From an uncultured Gemmatimonadales bacterium (lineage in GTDB: Bacteria > Gemmatimonadota > Gemmatimonadetes > Gemmatimonadales > GWC2-71-9), in contig CAWJIM010000024.1 of assembly GCA_963842945.1 (NCBI GenBank), forward strand, positions 256,001 to 320,000: a DNA stretch of 64,000 nt, in the 5' to 3' direction. A program made the position numbers and the translations under genes. The notes beneath the pieces were generated by a model that was not told the DNA's origin, made no database searches, and saw only the letters and a program-made list of their open reading frames with translations. Each line of letters starts with the position of its first letter. The first letter of the stretch is position 1. This document shows positions 13,697-22,029 of the stretch, in pieces.

Positions 13697-14200
13697 TCAT
13701 TGCGGAGCATCTCCCAGCGGGATCTCGCGGCAGGCGGCGCGAAAATCAGGGTGCCGGTTCCAGAGATACAGTCCCATGCAGGCCGCCGCGAGCGTATTCG
13801 CCACCACTACGGCCCAGAAGGGGAACAGCTCGTTGGTTCGCTCCGAGAACACCTCGAGCAGCCCATAAAACAGCACCTCGAACACCAGAAAGACCGGGAG
13901 GAGGGCGTACCGCACTACCGGGTCGCGCACTCCCCAGTGGACCAGCGCGACCAGGCCCATGCCGAGCAGCGCAAAGACCGCGAAGTGGAACGCGGTATAC
14001 ACCAGTATCGCTCCAAAGACCAGATGACTGGTGTCGGGAGTGGAGTCGCCGAACAAGACGACCTGACCCAGCAGACTCGGCGTCTGGAATGGGTGACCGG
14101 CAATGGTATCGAGGATGAGAAACCACGTGGCGACGGCGAGACCACCCAGGATCCCGACATCGGTGCCCTCAGCCATGGTGGAGTGGCTGGTATTCAGCAT
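13697..14200 (-). CDS. Hypothetical membrane protein (~4 TM)
   Basis: GGAGGTGA RBS; 167 aa with hydrophobic segments; no family recognised. Confidence 0.75.
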   Translation of the reverse strand: MLNTSHSTMAEGTDVGILGGLAVATWFLILDTIAGHPFQTPSLLGQVVLFGDSTPDTSHLVFGAILVYTAFHFAVFALLGMGLVALVHWGVRDPVVRYALLPVFLVFEVLFYGLLEVFSERTNELFPFWAVVVANTLAAACMGLYLWNRHPDFRAACREIPLGDAPQ

Positions 14201-14320
14201 GCCTCACCTCCGGAGCAGGCCCTAGTGATGCCGCTAACGGATGCTTGCACATTGGGGCCGGAACCTCCGGAGCGCAAGGCGACAGGTTCGGCTGCTATCG
14301 TACTCATGATGTGTTCCGGG

Positions 14321-14653
14321 TCACTTGCCCCCGGACGAGGGCGTGCGAGTGCATTTGCCGCAGGGACACCCACGCAGCAGTTGTTCGAAGGTATAGATCC
14401 CCGTACTGTGGCCGTCGCTCCAGTGTATCCGGAGACCGTAGGACCCGACCAAAGCCAGGCTCAGCGGTTTGATGTCGGCGGGCACGGTGGCCGGATCGAG
14501 CAGTGGACGCCCGCTGATCTCCTCGACGCAGCCGGCACAGGGACAGGCCAGCCGAAGCAGTCGTGCCGGGAATAGCGCCTCGTGGCCCCGGTCATCCCAT
14601 TCGATGAGGATGCCGTCGTCGCGGCGGTTAATCGCGTAGGGAACCGGGATCAT
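14321..14653 (-). CDS. DUF971 / gamma-butyrobetaine hydroxylase N-terminal-like zinc-binding protein
   Basis: I.WDD.GH, LRLACPCAGC, VGSYGLRIHWSDGHSTGIYTF. Confidence 0.9.
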   Translation of the reverse strand: MIPVPYAINRRDDGILIEWDDRGHEALFPARLLRLACPCAGCVEEISGRPLLDPATVPADIKPLSLALVGSYGLRIHWSDGHSTGIYTFEQLLRGCPCGKCTRTPSSGGK

Positions 14654-14707
14654 GGGTGAGAGCTAAAGAGCTGGAAGTTGGGCGCTGGGAGGTTGGAGCT
14701 GGAAAGA

Positions 14708-14735
14708 AAAGACCCCCCGAGAACGAGGGGTCTTT
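14708..14735 (-). terminator. Intrinsic terminator downstream of the sigma factor gene
   Basis: AAAGACCCC...GGGGTCTTT stem followed by a T-rich tract on the minus strand. Confidence 0.7.
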
Positions 14736-14762
14736 GCTTTAAGCTCCCAGCTCGGCTTGCGA

Positions 14763-15656
14763 TCAGGCCACTAGATCCTTCAGTCGCTCTCCGGTTTCGC
14801 CCTCGCGCAAGCGAAGCAGAGCGCGATCCCGGAGCTGTCTGATCCGCTCGCGGGTGACCCCCATCATCCGGCCAATTTCCTCGAGGGTTCGGCTGTTGCC
14901 GTCGTCCAAACCAAAATAAAGCCGCAGCACCTTGGCGTCCCGGGGCGGCAAAGCGGCGAGGGCCGCTTCGATGTCCCGAGTCTGGCTGTTAGCCATGGTG
15001 CTCATGTCGGTGCTTTCCTGCTCACCGCTGGTGAACCTCTCGATCCGCTCGTTGCCTTCGCCGTCCCGGGTGGGGTGGTCCAACCGGACCGCCTCCGAGT
15101 TCAGCGCGCTCAGCGAGCGAACTGCCTCGACGGTGAGACCGGTAGCACGGGCGAGCTCCTCGGTGGTGGGCATGCGGCCCAGCCGGTCTTTCAGGAGCGT
15201 AGTAGTGCGGCCCAGCCGGCTTAGGTCAGCGGTTCGGTTCAGTGGAACCCGGACCGGCCTGCCGTGACGGGCGATGGCCGCCTGAACTGCCTGGCGAATC
15301 CACCAGACGGCATAGGAGATGAACTTGACCCCACGGTCCGGATCGAATTTCCGGGCCGCGGTCATGAGCCCGAGGTTTCCCTCGCCAATCAGATCAACCA
15401 GGGGAACTCCCCGGTTCTGGAACTTCTTGGCCACCGACACGACAAAACGCACGTTGTGACGGGCCAGGCGCTCCTGGGCTCCCACATTTCCCTTGAAGGC
15501 TTTACGGGCCAGCTCCATCTCCTCTTCCCGATTGAGGAGGGGGACCCGGCTGATCTCGTCGAGGTAGAGATCGAGACTTTCCCGGCCTTCATCGATTGCA
15601 CGGGCGATCTGCGCTGGTCGTACCGGCCGACGCTTGCTACGTGCCTTGATTGTCAC
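14763..15656 (-). CDS. RNA polymerase sigma-70 family factor, RpoD/SigA-like lacking region 1.1
   Basis: LDLYLDEI...PLL..EEE, NVRFVVSVAKK, DLIGEGNLGL..AA.KFDP.RG.KF.SYAVWWIRQ, region 4 TLEEIG..MGVTRERIRQ; probable GTG start 15656. Confidence 0.93.
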   Translation of the reverse strand: MTIKARSKRRPVRPAQIARAIDEGRESLDLYLDEISRVPLLNREEEMELARKAFKGNVGAQERLARHNVRFVVSVAKKFQNRGVPLVDLIGEGNLGLMTAARKFDPDRGVKFISYAVWWIRQAVQAAIARHGRPVRVPLNRTADLSRLGRTTTLLKDRLGRMPTTEELARATGLTVEAVRSLSALNSEAVRLDHPTRDGEGNERIERFTSGEQESTDMSTMANSQTRDIEAALAALPPRDAKVLRLYFGLDDGNSRTLEEIGRMMGVTRERIRQLRDRALLRLREGETGERLKDLVA

Positions 15657-15735
15657 GCTATTAGCCTCCCACGGGACCCGTGTCCCCTGCTCGGTGAACA
15701 GCCACGACTGAGGCCGAGCCAATTTGAAGTCGGCC

Positions 15736-15775
15736 AATATACTACCTAAGATATGAGAAATCAACACCTTAGGTA
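15736..15775 (-). promoter_or_regulatory. Putative sigma-70 promoter with overlapping inverted repeat / IHF-like site
   Basis: Minus strand TTGATT-N17-TATATT; TACCTAAG-N17-CTTAGGTA (15743-15775); AATCAACACCTTA matches WATCAA-N4-TTR. Confidence 0.5.
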
Positions 15776-15931
15776 AATTGTAGCGGGATGGCGAGTTGCG
15801 GCACTGTGAGCGGCTTTAGAGCCGGAAATGGGCTCCGGCACGACTGTATGCAACTTTGGCAGGGCTGCGACGGCTCAATGCGCCCTTGGTGTAGCAATTT
15901 GGAACGGCTGTGTTCCGTTCCTTAATAGGGG

Positions 15932-16564
15932 TCAGTGGGGGGGCCCTCCCATTCCCTTCATCTCCTGCGGCTTTTCCTTGATGGACGACGTGGCACCTTC
16001 CCCGTGCTTTACCAGCTCCACCTGGAAGCCCTTGCCAGCAGCTTTGACCAGCGAGAATGGCACCTCGGGTGCAATCCAGCTGTCGGAGGCGTGCTCAGTG
16101 CTCTTGAAGTGGAGAGTCTCATAGCTGCCCCCAGGTACCGTGATCTTCTCCTTCCCTACCAGGCTTACACCCTTACACATGTCCGCGAAAAACGACTGCT
16201 TGTCCATCTGGCCGCGCACCATCTTCATCATGTCGCCGCCCATCTTCATGGCCGGCTGAGAACCAGATTTGAAGACGATCTCCTCAACCTGATTCAACTC
16301 CGTAAGGGTGCCGGGAACCAGCATCTGATAGACCGAATTTGCCGTCCCACCCTCCATCCGCAGCTCCACCCACTGCAGCTTCTTGCCGCCGCGATCCTCC
16401 TGCCCAACGACAGCGTATCGCACCATATACGGCTTGCTGTTGTAGGTACCCTCGTACTCTGACCAGCTACCCTGGGACGGGAATTTCATCTGGCTGATAC
16501 AGTCGCCCTGAGCCCATGCGGAAGGGGCCAGCGCAAAGAGTAGAGGAATAGCGAGCTTGTTCAT
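15932..16564 (-). CDS. Secreted hypothetical protein
   Basis: Signal peptide MNKLAIPLLFALAPSAWA; EKITVPGGSYET motif; two Cys; follows pntB. Confidence 0.75.
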   Translation of the reverse strand: MNKLAIPLLFALAPSAWAQGDCISQMKFPSQGSWSEYEGTYNSKPYMVRYAVVGQEDRGGKKLQWVELRMEGGTANSVYQMLVPGTLTELNQVEEIVFKSGSQPAMKMGGDMMKMVRGQMDKQSFFADMCKGVSLVGKEKITVPGGSYETLHFKSTEHASDSWIAPEVPFSLVKAAGKGFQVELVKHGEGATSSIKEKPQEMKGMGGPPH

Positions 16565-16586
16565 GGGGGGGAACCTCATGAGGAGA

Positions 16587-17993
16587 CTAATGCGTGCCGG
16601 GACCGGAGAGTTGCTTGACCAGCTCCCCAACCACGTTCTTGGCATCGCCGAAGAGCATCCAGGTACGCTCTGAAAAGTATAGCTCGTTGTCGATGCCGGC
16701 GAATCCCGGATTTTTGCTTCGCTTGATGGCAAACACGGTTCGGGCCTTGTCCGCATCGATGATCGGCATGCCGTAAATGGGACTGCTGTGGTCCGTGCGC
16801 GCCGCCGGATTGACCACGTCGTTCGCCCCCACCACCAGAGCCACATCGGCTTGAGGCATCTCGGGATTGATCTCCTCCATCTCCACGAGGTCGGTATAGG
16901 GAATGTCGGCCTCCGCCAGCAAGACGTTCATATGCCCAGGCATCCGGCCTGCCACCGGGTGAATGGCAAACTTGACGGTGACGCCGCGTTTCTTGAGCTG
17001 ATCGTAGAGCTCACGCACCTTGTGCTGAGCCTGAGCCACTGCCATGCCGTACCCAGGAACGATGACCACGAGATTGGACTGCTCCAGCACCTGCGCCCCG
17101 CCTTCGATGGTCTCCGACTTGTACTCTTTCTGGTCGCCCCCCGCCTTGGCCTGCTGAGTCTGTCCGAAAGCGCCGAACAAGACATTGGTAAAGGAGCGGT
17201 TCATCGCCCGGCACATGATGATGGCCAGGATCAAACCGCTCGAGCCGTCGAGGGCTCCCGCCGTGATCAGGAGCTTGTTGTCCAGCACGAATCCCATCGC
17301 GACGGCGGCAAGACCGGCGTAGGAATTCAGGATGGCGATCACCGTGGGCATGTCGGCGCCGCCGATTGGAATGATCAACAGCACGCCGAACATCAGCGCC
17401 AGCGCGATAATGATCGGGAACACCATTGGTGCCCAGCCCGCGGCGGGATGCAATGTGAGGAGGACTCCGACCAGCAAGGCCGCGCCCAGCAGAGCCAGGT
17501 TGCTGACGTTCTGAAACGGATACGTGACGGGTCGCTGGGGAATCCACTTCACCTCCTGCAGCTTTCCCGCCGCCATGAGACTTCCGGTAAAGGTGAGGAA
17601 GCCAAGGACCACCTCCACAATGATGGCCACCATCCGGAAGGTGGTCAGGTTCTCCGGCCCTTCCGAGAACCAGAGATAGTACTTGGCGGTGCCCACCAGC
17701 CCCGCGGCGAGACCGCCGAAGGCGTGGGACAGGGCGGTCCGCTGCGGAACCGCGGTCAAGGGAACGCGGGAGAGCGGGACGCCCACCACAAAGCCGGCGA
17801 GAATGGCCAGAGCAATCCAGCCATGGTGTACCACCTCGGGCTGGGCCCAGGTGACCACGATGGCGATGGTCATGGCGGCGACGCCGGCGTACACTCCGTT
17901 CCTGGCGGTCGCTGGAGTGTTCATCCAGTGGAGTGCGAAGATGAACAGCACCGTCGCTATCAGATAGGCGAGCTGGACGATGCCGTGGCTCAT
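16587..17993 (-). CDS. pntB: NAD(P) transhydrogenase subunit beta
   Basis: IGGADMP, LNSY.G, CRAMNRS, PGYGMAVAQAQ, IHPVAGRMPGHMNVLLAEA, GANDVVNP. Confidence 0.98.
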   Translation of the reverse strand: MSHGIVQLAYLIATVLFIFALHWMNTPATARNGVYAGVAAMTIAIVVTWAQPEVVHHGWIALAILAGFVVGVPLSRVPLTAVPQRTALSHAFGGLAAGLVGTAKYYLWFSEGPENLTTFRMVAIIVEVVLGFLTFTGSLMAAGKLQEVKWIPQRPVTYPFQNVSNLALLGAALLVGVLLTLHPAAGWAPMVFPIIIALALMFGVLLIIPIGGADMPTVIAILNSYAGLAAVAMGFVLDNKLLITAGALDGSSGLILAIIMCRAMNRSFTNVLFGAFGQTQQAKAGGDQKEYKSETIEGGAQVLEQSNLVVIVPGYGMAVAQAQHKVRELYDQLKKRGVTVKFAIHPVAGRMPGHMNVLLAEADIPYTDLVEMEEINPEMPQADVALVVGANDVVNPAARTDHSSPIYGMPIIDADKARTVFAIKRSKNPGFAGIDNELYFSERTWMLFGDAKNVVGELVKQLSGPGTH

Positions 17994-18298
17994 TTGCGGT
18001 CAACCGGCTTCCGTTCCGACTTGAACATCTTGAGCATCCGGTCGGTGATCAGAAAGCCGCTCACGATGTTGGTCATCGAGGCGAACAGCGCGATGGCACC
18101 CAGGATGCGAATTCCCTGGGGATAGTCGGCCCCGGTAACGATGATCGAACCGACCACGGCAATGGCGGAGATGGCGTTGGTGATCGACATGAGCGGGGTG
18201 TGCAGCAGCCGCGAGACCCGGCGGATCACTCCCACCCCAATAAAGGAGGCGAGAACGAAGACGAACATCATGGACCAGAAATCGAGCGTTTGCGTCAT
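17990..18298 (-). CDS. pntA: NAD(P) transhydrogenase subunit alpha, part 2 (membrane)
   Basis: LHTPLMS.TNAIS, NIVSGFLITDRML.MF. Confidence 0.96.
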   Translation of the reverse strand: MTQTLDFWSMMFVFVLASFIGVGVIRRVSRLLHTPLMSITNAISAIAVVGSIIVTGADYPQGIRILGAIALFASMTNIVSGFLITDRMLKMFKSERKPVDRK

Positions 18299-19449
18299 GC
18301 TCCCGCCTTCTGCAGGGCTTCCTGCGTGCGCTGGTGCTTCACCACCCCGTCGTGGGTGATGAGCGCACCCTGTTGGATGACATCGCTGAGATCGAGCTGA
18401 AACCGGTTCTCTTTGGTGAAAGCCTGCACGAAAGCGGTGAGATTGCGGGAGAAGAGCAGGCTTGCGTGGAGCGGCATGGATGAGGGAAGGTTGAGCGGCG
18501 CCAGAATGGTGACACCATGCGCCAGGATCTTTTCTCCAGGGCGAGACAACTCGCAGTTGCCTCCGCCTTCAGCAGCCAAGTCCACAATCACGGCGCCGGG
18601 TCGCATCGATCGCACCATCTCGGCGGAGATGAGGCGGGGCGCGAATACTCCCCCGATGAGCGCGGTGGTAATCACCACGTCCGACTGGCTGCACTGCGCC
18701 GCGAGCAGCTCCTGCTGCCGCCGGCGGTCCTCATCACTCAATTCCTTGGCGTAGCCACCTCCAGCCGAGGCCGCCTCTTTCAGCTCGATGCCCACGTACT
18801 TGGCCCCGACGCTCTCGATCTGCTCCTTGACCTCAGGCCGGACATCGGTGGCGAATACCGTGGCCCCAAGCCGCCGGGCGGTAGCTATGGCCTGAAGGCC
18901 GGCTACACCGGCCCCGATCACGAACACCTTTGCCGGGGGCACAGTGCCGGCGGCGGTCATCAACATGGGGAAGTACTTGTTGAGCTCGGTAGCCGCGAGG
19001 AGCGCGCCCTTATAGCCGGCTATGTTGGCCATCGAGGACAGGGTGTCCATCGTCTGGGCCCGGGTGGTGCGAGGGATCGCGTCGGTGGAGAACGCGGTCA
19101 CCCCCCGGTCAGCGAGAGCGCGGACCGCACTCAGGTTGCGCAACGGCATCAGAGACCCCAGGTAGACACTGCCTCGGCGCATCCACTGAACCTCGTCCCC
19201 CTGCCCGTTGCGGCTCTGTGGAGCATTGACCTTCAGCACGAGATCGGCGGAGGCCAGCACCACAGCGGGGTCGGCCTCGATCCCGACCCCGATCTCGCGG
19301 TACGCGGAGTCGGCGAACCCCGCGCTCTCCCCTGCCCCCGCCTCCAGCGAGACAGTGTAGCCCGACTGAACGAGCTTCTTGCAAGACTCCGGAACCAGCG
19401 CGACTCTGCGCTCGCCCGGCGAAGTCTCTTTGGGGACTCCGATATGCAT
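18295..19449 (-). CDS. pntA: NAD(P) transhydrogenase subunit alpha, part 1 (NAD-binding)
   Basis: ERRVALVP, PRTTRAQ.MD.LSS..NIAGY, GAGVAGLQAIATA.RLGA, GGYAK, GGNC. Confidence 0.96.
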   Translation of the reverse strand: MHIGVPKETSPGERRVALVPESCKKLVQSGYTVSLEAGAGESAGFADSAYREIGVGIEADPAVVLASADLVLKVNAPQSRNGQGDEVQWMRRGSVYLGSLMPLRNLSAVRALADRGVTAFSTDAIPRTTRAQTMDTLSSMANIAGYKGALLAATELNKYFPMLMTAAGTVPPAKVFVIGAGVAGLQAIATARRLGATVFATDVRPEVKEQIESVGAKYVGIELKEAASAGGGYAKELSDEDRRRQQELLAAQCSQSDVVITTALIGGVFAPRLISAEMVRSMRPGAVIVDLAAEGGGNCELSRPGEKILAHGVTILAPLNLPSSMPLHASLLFSRNLTAFVQAFTKENRFQLDLSDVIQQGALITHDGVVKHQRTQEALQKAGA

Positions 19450-19484
19450 TGGTGTAGGTCGCTGGTCTCGGGATAGGAAAAAGA

Positions 19485-19547
19485 AGTCTGGAGCCCGGAG
19501 TCCGAAGTCCCAGGCCTAGAGCTCAGGGTCTAGAGTCTAGAGTCTGA
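19485..19547. repeat. Degenerate 7-bp tandem array, 9 units (AGTCTAG-like)
   Basis: AGTCTGG AGCCCGG AGTCCGA AGTCCCA GGCCTAG AGCTCAG GGTCTAG AGTCTAG AGTCTGA. Confidence 0.8.
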
Positions 19548-19599
19548 AGGCGATCTCGACTAGAGGGCCGAGGCCATCCCGGGACGATGACTCGCCCGC

Positions 19600-21429
19600 T
19601 TACAGTTTGATCTTGGGCAGCTCGAGGCCCGGAGCCAGGCCCCCGGTCAATCGTTTCAGCTGGGCATTCAGCTCCGCCTCGACCTTGTCGAGACTCTGGC
19701 GTTCTCCTGCAATTCGCTGGGTTGCCTGAGTCCGGACCTCGGCTACCCGCCGTTTGACCGGTTGCACCTTCTCGGCCACGAGGCTGTCTACCTTGGCCCG
19801 AGCCATCCGCTCCGCTCGAGCGACCTCCTCTCCCACCACGGCTTTGAGCCGCTGGGCAATGGCCTGGTCCAAGTTGCTCTCGATCGAGAGCCGGGGTGAG
19901 GAAAGGGTCCCTCCAAGCTGGGCCACCACACTCAGATCGTTGAGCCCGCCGATCACCCGCCAGACCAGCCGCTCGATGTCATTGGCCTTCCGCCCGGCTG
20001 TGTCGGCGGTCCAGGCCACCTTGTTTGCTCGCACCGCCCACCGCCCCGACAGCGCGGAGCCTCGCATGCTGAACACCAGCTCAGCAGAGCCGATGCCGGG
20101 GGCCATCCGAAAAGGAAGGCCAGGCAGATCGAACGAGGGCAACTTGATTCCACGGAGACGGGCATTCACCGAATCGTGAGTTTGCGAGGTGAGATGATTG
20201 ATCACTGCCCCGATATCGACTGCAGCAACAGCCGATCTCTCCGCGCGGCGGCCGACGGAAATCACGGCCGGTCGCCCGTACAAGGCTGGCGCAGAGGTGA
20301 GTCCCTGGACGCTCGCCGTGTAAGCGCCGCGGATCGGGCTGGTACCCCCAATGGCGAAATCGATCGACCCTCGCTGCAACAAGAACTGGGGAAACTCCGC
20401 CGCTTTGGGAAAGTCGATAGTGGATCCCGCTGCCCGGAGGCGCTGTGGCCCGGGCCTCGGCCGGGGCAGTAGTCCGGGCGGCATGTACTTCTGGGCCAGC
20501 TCCGCCCAGTACAGCGCCTGCTTGAAGCGGTCGATGCTGACCTTCCCGAACAAGGCAGTGCCGATCTCGGGAGCGGAGAAGGTGGGAAGCTTCAGCAGGG
20601 ACTTGGCGAAGGCGATGTCTTGCTGCGTGGCCTGGTTGACCAGCTCGACTCCCTGGCCCAGAAAGGTTACCGCTGCTCTGGCGTTCCGCTCCAGCGAATC
20701 CACTCGCCGTCGTGCGGCGGTAATGTCGCGCAAGGCCTGCTGAACTGACTGGACCGCCTGCCGGGTGCCCTCGAGGCCGAGGGTCTTGGGATCGGTGGCG
20801 GAAAGACGTTGCACTAACGCGCGCGCTGAATCGACCGTGGGGCGAATGTCCAGGTGCTGGAATGTCTGCTCCAATGCCTGGCGGGTCGAATCGGTCCGGG
20901 CCAGGACGCGCTCCGCCTGCTTTACCGTGGTGAGCTGATCCGGATTCAGAACCAGCTGCCGAATGGTATCCACCGGTGTCAACGAGAGCAGCGGAACCTT
21001 GAATTGATCGGTCCACTGCTGTACGGCCCGATAGACCTGGGGCGTGAATCCCTTGCCGCTGGGAGGGCGCGCCGGCGTCTTGCGATTGGCACCGAAGCGC
21101 ATTCCGCTCAGGCTCAAGTTCTCGATCACGATCTTCTTCTCCACCAGCGCCGCCGGATTGAGCTTGAGCCGTATCGCATCGGCGTCGAGGAGATTTCGAG
21201 TCAGCACGAAAGGATCGGCTATCTGCAGGGCCTGGAGCTCGACCGAAGCCTGCCGCGGGAGCAGGTCGAGCTTGCCGAGGTCTACCTGAGTGCCCAACAG
21301 CTCGGTGCTCGCTTCCTCCGTCGTGTCCCGCGCCACCGGCTCGGCAAAGATCCAGACCAGAATACCGAGCAGGATGAAGAGCAGGAGCAGGGGCCCGATG
21401 GCCTTCCAGCGAAACACCTTGAACTTCAT
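19600..21429 (-). CDS. TIGR03545-like family protein (AsmA-like N-terminus, coiled coil)
   Basis: Start MKFKVFRWK overlaps the upstream stop; N-terminal TM; R..G..I.FP motif; SNLD near C-terminus; paired with a TIGR03546-like gene. Confidence 0.75.
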   Translation of the reverse strand: MKFKVFRWKAIGPLLLLFILLGILVWIFAEPVARDTTEEASTELLGTQVDLGKLDLLPRQASVELQALQIADPFVLTRNLLDADAIRLKLNPAALVEKKIVIENLSLSGMRFGANRKTPARPPSGKGFTPQVYRAVQQWTDQFKVPLLSLTPVDTIRQLVLNPDQLTTVKQAERVLARTDSTRQALEQTFQHLDIRPTVDSARALVQRLSATDPKTLGLEGTRQAVQSVQQALRDITAARRRVDSLERNARAAVTFLGQGVELVNQATQQDIAFAKSLLKLPTFSAPEIGTALFGKVSIDRFKQALYWAELAQKYMPPGLLPRPRPGPQRLRAAGSTIDFPKAAEFPQFLLQRGSIDFAIGGTSPIRGAYTASVQGLTSAPALYGRPAVISVGRRAERSAVAAVDIGAVINHLTSQTHDSVNARLRGIKLPSFDLPGLPFRMAPGIGSAELVFSMRGSALSGRWAVRANKVAWTADTAGRKANDIERLVWRVIGGLNDLSVVAQLGGTLSSPRLSIESNLDQAIAQRLKAVVGEEVARAERMARAKVDSLVAEKVQPVKRRVAEVRTQATQRIAGERQSLDKVEAELNAQLKRLTGGLAPGLELPKIKL

Positions 21430-21941
21430 GGCCGGAACATCTTGTACAGGTTGTACACCTGGGAAGCGGTGATGGCCTTGTAAAAGCGAGACTGACGAAC
21501 CCGCTCTCCGATGGTGGCACGGTACTTCGCCACCCCGTAGCGAGCGGCAAAGAAGATGGGCACCGCCAGAACCAGCCAACCGACGAAGCTCCCCAGCACT
21601 ACGGTGTTGTCAAAGTTGGTGTAGGGCACGACCGGCGTGTTGGTCAAGTCCGTCCAGAGCGGCCGCAGGCCCGGCGCAGTGAGCAGGCGCAATCCGATTG
21701 CGTCAAAAACCGGATCGAGCAGAAAACCCATCGGGACAAACAGCATCCAGCCCAGCATCCCGCCCCCGAACGAGACATTGAGGAGCACCAGGAGGGAGAA
21801 GATCACCAGGTTGTGCAGATTCATCAGCGGGGTGAGGCCCAGGGCAGAACCCAGTGCCATGCCGGCGGCCACCTGCCCGGGGGTTCCGGCGGAATGCAGC
21901 GTCTTGATGATGGATTGAATGAGCTTGAGAAGCCCCAGCAT
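21426..21941 (-). CDS. TIGR03546-like (DUF2062) membrane protein
   Basis: L.S..TPGQVA.G.ALG..LGLTP, F.LDP.FD.IG..LL, T.FDNTVVLGS. Confidence 0.85.
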   Translation of the reverse strand: MLGLLKLIQSIIKTLHSAGTPGQVAAGMALGSALGLTPLMNLHNLVIFSLLVLLNVSFGGGMLGWMLFVPMGFLLDPVFDAIGLRLLTAPGLRPLWTDLTNTPVVPYTNFDNTVVLGSFVGWLVLAVPIFFAARYGVAKYRATIGERVRQSRFYKAITASQVYNLYKMFRP

Positions 21942-21948
21942 GCGCTAA

Positions 21949-22026
21949 GGTCGAAGGTCTGGAGTCCAGGGTCAAGGGAGATGGCCGCCTGCCCTTGACT
22001 CTGGACTCTCGAGTCTTGACTCTCCC
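21949..22026. repeat. Inverted 7-bp tandem arrays forming a long hairpin
   Basis: GAGTCCAGGGTCAAGGG (21962-21978) pairs with CCCTTGACTCTGGACTC (21992-22008); further degenerate heptamers flank both arms. Confidence 0.8.
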
Positions 22027-22029
22027 CTG

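Noticed and set aside
15836..15852. Sigma-54 promoter-like GGCACG...TGC
   Set aside because: GG-to-GC spacing is 11 rather than 10 nt and it points away from the sigma gene
19485..22026. Short repeats as a CRISPR array
   Set aside because: Units are 7 bp, adjacent and without spacers; no cas genes in the window
21942..22029. Threonine attenuator or T-box upstream of thrA
   Set aside because: No Thr/Ile-rich leader peptide, T-box motif or U-tailed terminator; the hairpin is made of heptamer repeats
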